Assembly: GCF_016888765.1 (NCBI RefSeq)
Contig: NZ_CP069423.1
Span: 110,702-142,701, forward strand
Direction: 5' to 3'
Source: Candidatus Karelsulcia muelleri
GTDB taxonomy: Bacteria > Bacteroidota > Bacteroidia > Flavobacteriales > Blattabacteriaceae
Length of the DNA stretch: 32,000 nucleotides
Shown here: in pieces, positions 27,141 through 32,000 of the stretch
How positions within the stretch are numbered: position 1 is the first letter of the stretch
How the letters are laid out: every line of letters begins with the position of its first letter
Translations under genes and position numbers: made by a program
Notes under the pieces: generated by a model
Told to the model about the DNA's origin: nothing
Databases searched by the model: none
The model's input: the letters and a program-made list of their open reading frames with translations, nothing else

Positions 27141-28202
27141 CTAAGCTTTTTTTGTTTTAGTTTCATATTCTGGTCTTAATTTTCGTATTAATTCTCCAAC
27201 TTGCCATAATTCACTATTTTTTAATTCCTTTAATTCTTTATTTAAAAGCTCTCTATAATTCCTTTTACTATTTAATGATATAGTTCGTTCGGCTTCTTTT
27301 CCAGAAGACACTTCTTTATAAAGTTCTCTAAATAAAGAAATATTAGTGTCTCGAAATTTTTTCCACCAATCTAAAGCCCCTCTTTGAGCAGTAGTCGAAC
27401 AATTTTCATACATCCAATCCATGCCTTTTTCTGCTATTAAGGGCATAAGACTTTGAGTCAGCTCTTCTACTGTTTCATTAAATGCTTCAGAAGGTGAGTG
27501 ACCATTCTCTCTTAAAACTTGGTATTGAGCTGAAAATAACCCTTGAATAGCCCCCATTAGAGTTCCTCTTTCTCCTGTTAAATCTGAAAACACTTCTTTT
27601 TTAAAAGTTGTTTTAAATAAAAAAGCAGAACCTATACCTATACCAATTGCTAAAGCTCTTTCTTCAGCTTTCCCAGTATAATTTTGAGCTATAGCATAAC
27701 TAGAATTTAGTCCTTTTCCTTCTTTAAATAATCTTCTCAAAGAAGTTCCTGAACCTTTAGGTGCAACAAGCAAAATATCAATTTCCTTTGGTGGAAAGAT
27801 TTTCGTTTTTTTATTGAAAGTTAATCCAAACCCATGAGAAAAATATAAAGCTTTTCCTGGGCTAAGAAATTTTTTAATTTTTGGCCAAACCTCAATCTGA
27901 CCAGCATCAGATAATAAAAACATAATGATACTTCCTTTATCGGCTGCTTGTTCTATTTCGAATAGAGTTTCATTAGCTATCCAGCCGTCTTTTAAAGCTT
28001 TTTCCCACGATTTGGAATTTTTTCTTTGGCCGATTATTACATTAAACCCATTATCTCTTAAATTTAAGGCTTGGCCAGGTCCTTGGACACCATATCCTAT
28101 CACTGATATTATTTCATTTGATAATATTTTTCTTGCTTTACTTAAACTAAAATCAGTTTTAGTTATAATTTCTTCTTCTATTTCTCCAATTTTAAATTTC
28201 AT
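27141..28202 (-). CDS. ilvC: ketol-acid reductoisomerase
   Basis: 353 aa with the Rossmann motif IGYGVQGPGQALNLRDNG and the class I KARI C-terminal knotted domain (GERG.L.GA..G, NCSTTAQRGA). Confidence 0.95.
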   Translation of the reverse strand: MKFKIGEIEEEIITKTDFSLSKARKILSNEIISVIGYGVQGPGQALNLRDNGFNVIIGQRKNSKSWEKALKDGWIANETLFEIEQAADKGSIIMFLLSDAGQIEVWPKIKKFLSPGKALYFSHGFGLTFNKKTKIFPPKEIDILLVAPKGSGTSLRRLFKEGKGLNSSYAIAQNYTGKAEERALAIGIGIGSAFLFKTTFKKEVFSDLTGERGTLMGAIQGLFSAQYQVLRENGHSPSEAFNETVEELTQSLMPLIAEKGMDWMYENCSTTAQRGALDWWKKFRDTNISLFRELYKEVSSGKEAERTISLNSKRNYRELLNKELKELKNSELWQVGELIRKLRPEYETKTKKA

Positions 28203-28304
28203 TGCTGATATTTAGTGAAACATAACATAAACTAATATAAGCTCAGATCAGCTCATCTAATCAAATATCAGCCGCATCACAAAAATATATAGGATATATT
28301 ATTA

Positions 28305-28538
28305 TTAAATACAATAATAAATAGCATTTATTCCGATAATTTTAAATAATCGTATAATTATTTTTAAGATGTTTTCTACTACACATTCAATCTCTAGTAT
28401 ACAGAAAACTTTCTCGTCTTTTTTAAAAGATATATTTTTTTTTATTTCTAAATTAATTTTATTAAAGCTCATAACTATTCTCTGATTAAAATCAGAAGTA
28501 TTTTCTGAAAAAATATATAAACTTATTTTTTTTTTCAT
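28305..28538 (-). CDS. ilvN: acetolactate synthase small (regulatory) subunit, ACT domain only (77 aa)
   Basis: Lies immediately downstream of ilvB. ISLYIFSENTSDFNQRIVMSFNKINLEIKKNISFKKDEKVFCILEIEC follows the ACT pattern of IlvH/IlvN (LS.LVEN.PG.L.R....F.RRG.NI.SL.V......SR.T). Very divergent. Confidence 0.62.
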   Translation of the reverse strand: MKKKISLYIFSENTSDFNQRIVMSFNKINLEIKKNISFKKDEKVFCILEIECVVENILKIIIRLFKIIGINAIYYCI

Positions 28539-28544
28539 TTTTTC

Positions 28545-30224
28545 TTAAAAACATATTTTTGATACTGATTTATCAGTAGGTATCATTGGTAGGGTATTAT
28601 ACTCTTTTTCGACTAAAATTTCTAGTAAAACCGCCTCTTTAGAGTTTAACATCTTTTTTATATCTTTTTTTAAGTTGTCTTTAATAAAGACTTTTTTACT
28701 TTTTATGTTATATGCTTTGGAAATGTTAGTAAAATTTGGATTATATATTTTAGTATTAGAAAATCTTCTATTGAAGAATAAATCTTGCCATTGTTTTACC
28801 ATTCCTAAAAAATTATTATTAAGAATTATAATTTTGATAGGTATTTCATACTGCATTATTGTCCCAAGCTCTTGAATAGTCATTTGAAACCCCCCATCAC
28901 CTACTATACAGATTACTTGTCGTCTTTTAGCTCCTATCTTGGCGCCTATTGCTGCTGGTAAAGCGAAGCCCATAGTACCTAAACCTCCTGATGTAATTTG
29001 ACTTTTAAGAGTAGTAAAATTAAAATATCTTGAGGCAGCCATTTGATGTTGACCAACATCAGTTACTAATATACAATTATTTTGTTTATATAAATTTATA
29101 TAATTTATTACTTCGGGCATAGTAATACCTATTTTATTTTTTCTAATATCTTTTTCTTTTATATATTTCTTTTCTACTTTTTTTAATAACTTAAAGTTTT
29201 TAACCCAGGTAGCTGTGTGCTTGATTTTAAGATGTTTAATTAAAAACTTTAAATTATGTTTTAAATTTCCTAGTAAATAAAGATGAGTTTTGAGTCTTTT
29301 GTTAATTTCGTAATTATCTATATCTATATGTATGATTAGAGTTTTTGGGGAAATTTTGTTTATATTTCCTATAACTCTATCATCAAAACGTAAACCTATT
29401 GCTATTATTAAATCAGATTTTAAAATTAAAATATTATTTTGGTAATTCCCATGCATTCCCAACATACCATAATTCAAATTATGGTTGGTCTTTAAAATTC
29501 CCATACCTAATAAAGTACTAGCTACTGGTAGGTTCGTATTTTCTGCAAATTGTTTTAATTGATTTTCTGCATTTGCTAGTTTTACTCCTTGTCCAATTAT
29601 TATTATTGGTTTACGTGCTGTTTTAATTGTTTTAATTACCTTTTGTAAGTCTTTTTTATTAAGTTTATTTTTTGTTTTTATCTGTTGGTTGTTTTTGGGT
29701 GGGAATATTATTCCTTTGTTTAGTTGTTGCAGTTGGGCATTTTTGGTTATATCTATTAATATTGGACCTGGTCTCCCAGTTGTGGCTAGGTTTAAGCCTT
29801 TAGATATTACTTCGAAGATTTGATCTGGTTTAGTTATTTGAAAATTCCATTTTGTTACTGGGATTGAGATGTCTATTATATCTATTTCTTGAAAGGCATC
29901 TGTTCCTAATAACTTTGAAGCAACTTGACCAGTTAGACATAATAATGGAGTACTATCAATTAGAGCATCGGCTAAACCAGTAATTAGATTACTAGATCCG
30001 GGACCTGATGTAGCTAAACAAATCCCCGGTTTTCCAATTACTCTAGCATATCCTTGTGCTGCATGAATTGCTCCTTGTTCATGACGAGTTAATATGTGTT
30101 TTATTTGTTTTTTGTAAGTGAACAAGGAATCATATATTGGCATTACAGCTCCACCAGGATAACCAAAAAGAAATTTTACCTTATTATAAATTAAAGTTTG
30201 AACTATAATTTCAGCCCCTGTCAT
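28545..30224 (-). CDS. ilvB: acetolactate synthase large (catalytic) subunit
   Basis: 559 aa. MTGAEIIVQTL....V...FGYPGGA..PIYD.L, RHEQGA.HAA.GYAR..GKPG.C.ATSGPG..N and TPP motif GDGGFQMTIQELGT....IP.KI.ILNN. Confidence 0.95.
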   Translation of the reverse strand: MTGAEIIVQTLIYNKVKFLFGYPGGAVMPIYDSLFTYKKQIKHILTRHEQGAIHAAQGYARVIGKPGICLATSGPGSSNLITGLADALIDSTPLLCLTGQVASKLLGTDAFQEIDIIDISIPVTKWNFQITKPDQIFEVISKGLNLATTGRPGPILIDITKNAQLQQLNKGIIFPPKNNQQIKTKNKLNKKDLQKVIKTIKTARKPIIIIGQGVKLANAENQLKQFAENTNLPVASTLLGMGILKTNHNLNYGMLGMHGNYQNNILILKSDLIIAIGLRFDDRVIGNINKISPKTLIIHIDIDNYEINKRLKTHLYLLGNLKHNLKFLIKHLKIKHTATWVKNFKLLKKVEKKYIKEKDIRKNKIGITMPEVINYINLYKQNNCILVTDVGQHQMAASRYFNFTTLKSQITSGGLGTMGFALPAAIGAKIGAKRRQVICIVGDGGFQMTIQELGTIMQYEIPIKIIILNNNFLGMVKQWQDLFFNRRFSNTKIYNPNFTNISKAYNIKSKKVFIKDNLKKDIKKMLNSKEAVLLEILVEKEYNTLPMIPTDKSVSKICF

Positions 30225-31930
30225 TTGTTTCTATTCTCTGTAATACACCCTTCTGAAGCTGAGGATACTAATTTGGAATATTTAGATAAATAGCCTGTTT
30301 TAGTCTTTGGTCTGTTTTTTTTATATTCTTTTTTTCTATTTAGTAAATCTTTTTTGGATATTTTTAATGTTATTCGATTTTTTATAGCATCTATCTTTAT
30401 TATATCTTTTTCTTGTATTAGTGCGATTACTCCACCCATTTGGGCTTCTGGGGTTATATGACCAACTACAAAACCATGAGTCCCTCCTGAGAATCTGCCA
30501 TCGGTTATTAAAGCCACTTTATTTCCTAATCCGGCTCCCATAATATATGAAGTTGGTTTTAACATTTCAGGCATTCCGGGACTCCCTTTGGGTCCAACAT
30601 ATCTGATTACTATAACATCTCCAGATTTAATCTTATTATTTAATATGGCATTATTGGCTTCTATTTCGGAATCAAATACTTTAGCTCTCCCAGAAAAGCA
30701 ATGTCCTTCTTTTCCTGAAATTTTAGCTACTGCTCCTTTAGGTGCAATATTACCGTATAATATACGAATCTGTCCTTTATTTTGGATTGGTTTGTATAAT
30801 GTTGAAATTACTTTTTGATTCGAAAAAGATATATTGGGTATACCTTCTAAATTTTCTTTTAGTTTTTTTCCTGTCACTGTTAAGCACTCACCATTTAGTA
30901 AGCCTTCATTTAGCAAGTATTTCATGATAATAGGAGTCCCTCCAATTTTTTCTATATCTTCCATTAAATACTTACCACTCGGTTTTAGATTCCCTATCAT
31001 TGGAACCTTTTCAGTCAGCTCTTTTATATTCTCAATATTAAACTTGAGTTTGGCGGTTTGACATATTGCTAATATATGTAATACTAAGTTAGTTGAACCG
31101 CCTAAAGCAATGGCAACTGTAATGGCATTTTGGATGGAATTTTTAGTAATTATTTTTTTAGGAGTTATATTTTGTTTTAATAATTCTTTAATATAAGAAC
31201 CTATTTTATTACATTCATATTTTTTATTTATATTATTAGCTAAACAAGAAGAAGAAAAAGGTAATGTCATTCCTAAGGCTTCTAAGCCTGTTGCTAGTGT
31301 ATTGGCTGTATACATGCCACCACAAGCTCCAGGACCTGGACAAGCCTGTTTTATTATGTTTTGGTATTCTGAATTTGAGATTTGGCCTATATTTTTTTGG
31401 CCTAATGCCTCAAAGGCTGAGACAATATTTAATTTTTTTCCTTGGTATTTTCCTGATTCTATGCTCCCACCATAAATTATTATTGCTGGCCTTTCTGTTC
31501 TTATTATACCCATCAATACTCCTGGTATATTCTTATCGCATCCTGGGATTCCAATTATCCCATCATAATGTTGAGCTTTTACTACACTTTCTATACTATC
31601 TGCTATTATCTCTCTAGATGGCAAAGAATATTTCATACCTTCTGTACCCATTGTCATGCCATCACTTATTCCGATAGTAGTAAACTGAAATCCAATCATA
31701 TTATTTTTATTTATTGATTGTTTTGCTGCTTGAGATAAACTATTAAGATGCATATTACATGGGTTCCCCTCATACCAATTGCTTACTATTCCTATTTGTG
31801 GTTTATATAAATCTGTTTCTTGGATGCCGGTGGCATATAACATAGCTCTGTAAGCTGGTAATTCCTCACTCTTGATTAAAGTAGAACTATATGCAGGATT
31901 ATATTGTTTTAATTTTCTGATAGACTCCAT
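30221..31930 (-). CDS. ilvD: dihydroxy-acid dehydratase
   Basis: 569 aa. ISDGMTMGTEGMKYSLPSRE.IADS.E, PGCDKNIPG and ALITDGRFSGGTHGFVVGHI.PEA..GG. Its stop overlaps the ilvB start by 4 nt. Confidence 0.96.
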   Translation of the reverse strand: MESIRKLKQYNPAYSSTLIKSEELPAYRAMLYATGIQETDLYKPQIGIVSNWYEGNPCNMHLNSLSQAAKQSINKNNMIGFQFTTIGISDGMTMGTEGMKYSLPSREIIADSIESVVKAQHYDGIIGIPGCDKNIPGVLMGIIRTERPAIIIYGGSIESGKYQGKKLNIVSAFEALGQKNIGQISNSEYQNIIKQACPGPGACGGMYTANTLATGLEALGMTLPFSSSCLANNINKKYECNKIGSYIKELLKQNITPKKIITKNSIQNAITVAIALGGSTNLVLHILAICQTAKLKFNIENIKELTEKVPMIGNLKPSGKYLMEDIEKIGGTPIIMKYLLNEGLLNGECLTVTGKKLKENLEGIPNISFSNQKVISTLYKPIQNKGQIRILYGNIAPKGAVAKISGKEGHCFSGRAKVFDSEIEANNAILNNKIKSGDVIVIRYVGPKGSPGMPEMLKPTSYIMGAGLGNKVALITDGRFSGGTHGFVVGHITPEAQMGGVIALIQEKDIIKIDAIKNRITLKISKKDLLNRKKEYKKNRPKTKTGYLSKYSKLVSSASEGCITENRNK

Positions 31931-31931
31931 A

Positions 31932-32000
31932 TTATCTTATATACTCCATTAGGAGTTTGGATTTCTTTATATTCTTTTCTTCTTTTTTTTTCATGGACTT
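31932..32000 (-). CDS. 3' end of an unidentified upstream CDS running off the window (or a 20-codon ORF from ATG 31994)
   Basis: An open minus-strand frame enters from the window edge: ...KSMKKKEEKNIKKSKLLMEYIR*, with TAA at 31934-31932, 1 nt before the ilvD ATG. Too short to identify. Confidence 0.3.
   Translation of the reverse strand, partial: KSMKKKEEKNIKKSKLLMEYIR

Noticed and set aside
27363-27368. CCACCA about 380 nt downstream of the tmRNA-like GGGGTTGA motif, considered as a possible tmRNA 3' end.
   Set aside because: It lies inside ilvC, as the antisense of the conserved WWKKFR codons. The preceding bases cannot pair with GGGGTTG, and there is no T-arm. The tRNA in this window also does not encode CCA, so an encoded CCA is not expected.
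693-31617. Twenty-odd 61-117 aa ORFs in the track lying antisense or out of frame inside conserved genes. Examples: 693..878, 2610..2861, 4355..4540, 5058..5315, 5592..5810, 7288..7473, 8524..8736, 9656..9904, 10033..10305, 11262..11489, 16912..17259, 18472..18675, 20656..20862, 23813..24019, 25541..25786, 26545..26802, 27925..28215, 28675..28875, 30588..31061, 31264..31617.
   Set aside because: Each is fully nested in a well-supported gene on the other strand or frame. Their compositions are low-complexity and Phe/Leu/Ile-rich, typical of the antisense of Lys/Glu/Asn-rich genes, and none shows a recognisable motif. They are shadow ORFs.
1-32000. A search for CRISPR arrays, IS or transposon ends, integrases, phage genes, toxin-antitoxin pairs, defence systems and rRNA operons.
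   Set aside because: Nothing of these kinds was seen. There are no spaced direct repeats, no terminal inverted repeats and no unassigned ORF of meaningful size. Every ORF over about 75 aa outside shadow frames is a recognisable housekeeping gene.

Overview
This window is gene-dense, extremely AT-rich core genome from a highly reduced bacterial endosymbiont. The encoded proteins are strongly biased toward Lys, Ile and Asn. By my tally only about 1.1 kb of the 32 kb lies outside intact genes.

Gene order:
- pnp-rpsO (minus strand), rpmE, tsaD
- an almost uninterrupted str/S10/spc/alpha ribosomal super-operon (rpsL to rplQ), then rsmH
- rnpB wedged between rsmH and the convergent mutL-lysS-tRNA-Arg(ACG) unit
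- pdhA-pdhC, a small HsdR_N-like gene, holA-trxB
- a minus-strand branched-chain amino-acid block, ilvD-ilvB-ilvN(mini)-ilvC

Totals: 44 complete CDS, one partial CDS, one pseudogene (infA), one tRNA and RNase P RNA.

Several traits suggest a Flavobacteriales-derived insect nutritional symbiont of the Sulcia type:
- a YkgO-type L36 and a type-B L31
- pdhA-pdhC adjacency without pdhB
- the HsdR_N-like gene next to holA
- A-rich start contexts without Shine-Dalgarno motifs
- retention of the ilv genes

This identification is inference from memory and is not verified. The genetic code is standard: TGA, TAA and TAG all terminate conserved genes at the expected ends.

I see no CRISPR array, mobile element, defence locus, toxin system or biosynthetic cluster. 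I do not think the window hides a novel multi-gene system. The notable content is reductive-evolution detail:
- infA is an in-frame, nonsense-riddled relic.
- secY, rpmC and rpmD are absent from their canonical slots.
- The rnpB terminal stem is built from the last codons of both flanking genes.
- Two exact pdhC-derived sequence patches sit inside holA.
- The MutL endonuclease motifs are eroded.
- S15, IlvN and the RNA polymerase alpha C-terminal domain (CTD) are severely truncated.
- A tmRNA-like 5' motif sits stranded in the largest spacer.

All homology calls were made by eye from the translations. No search or computation was run.
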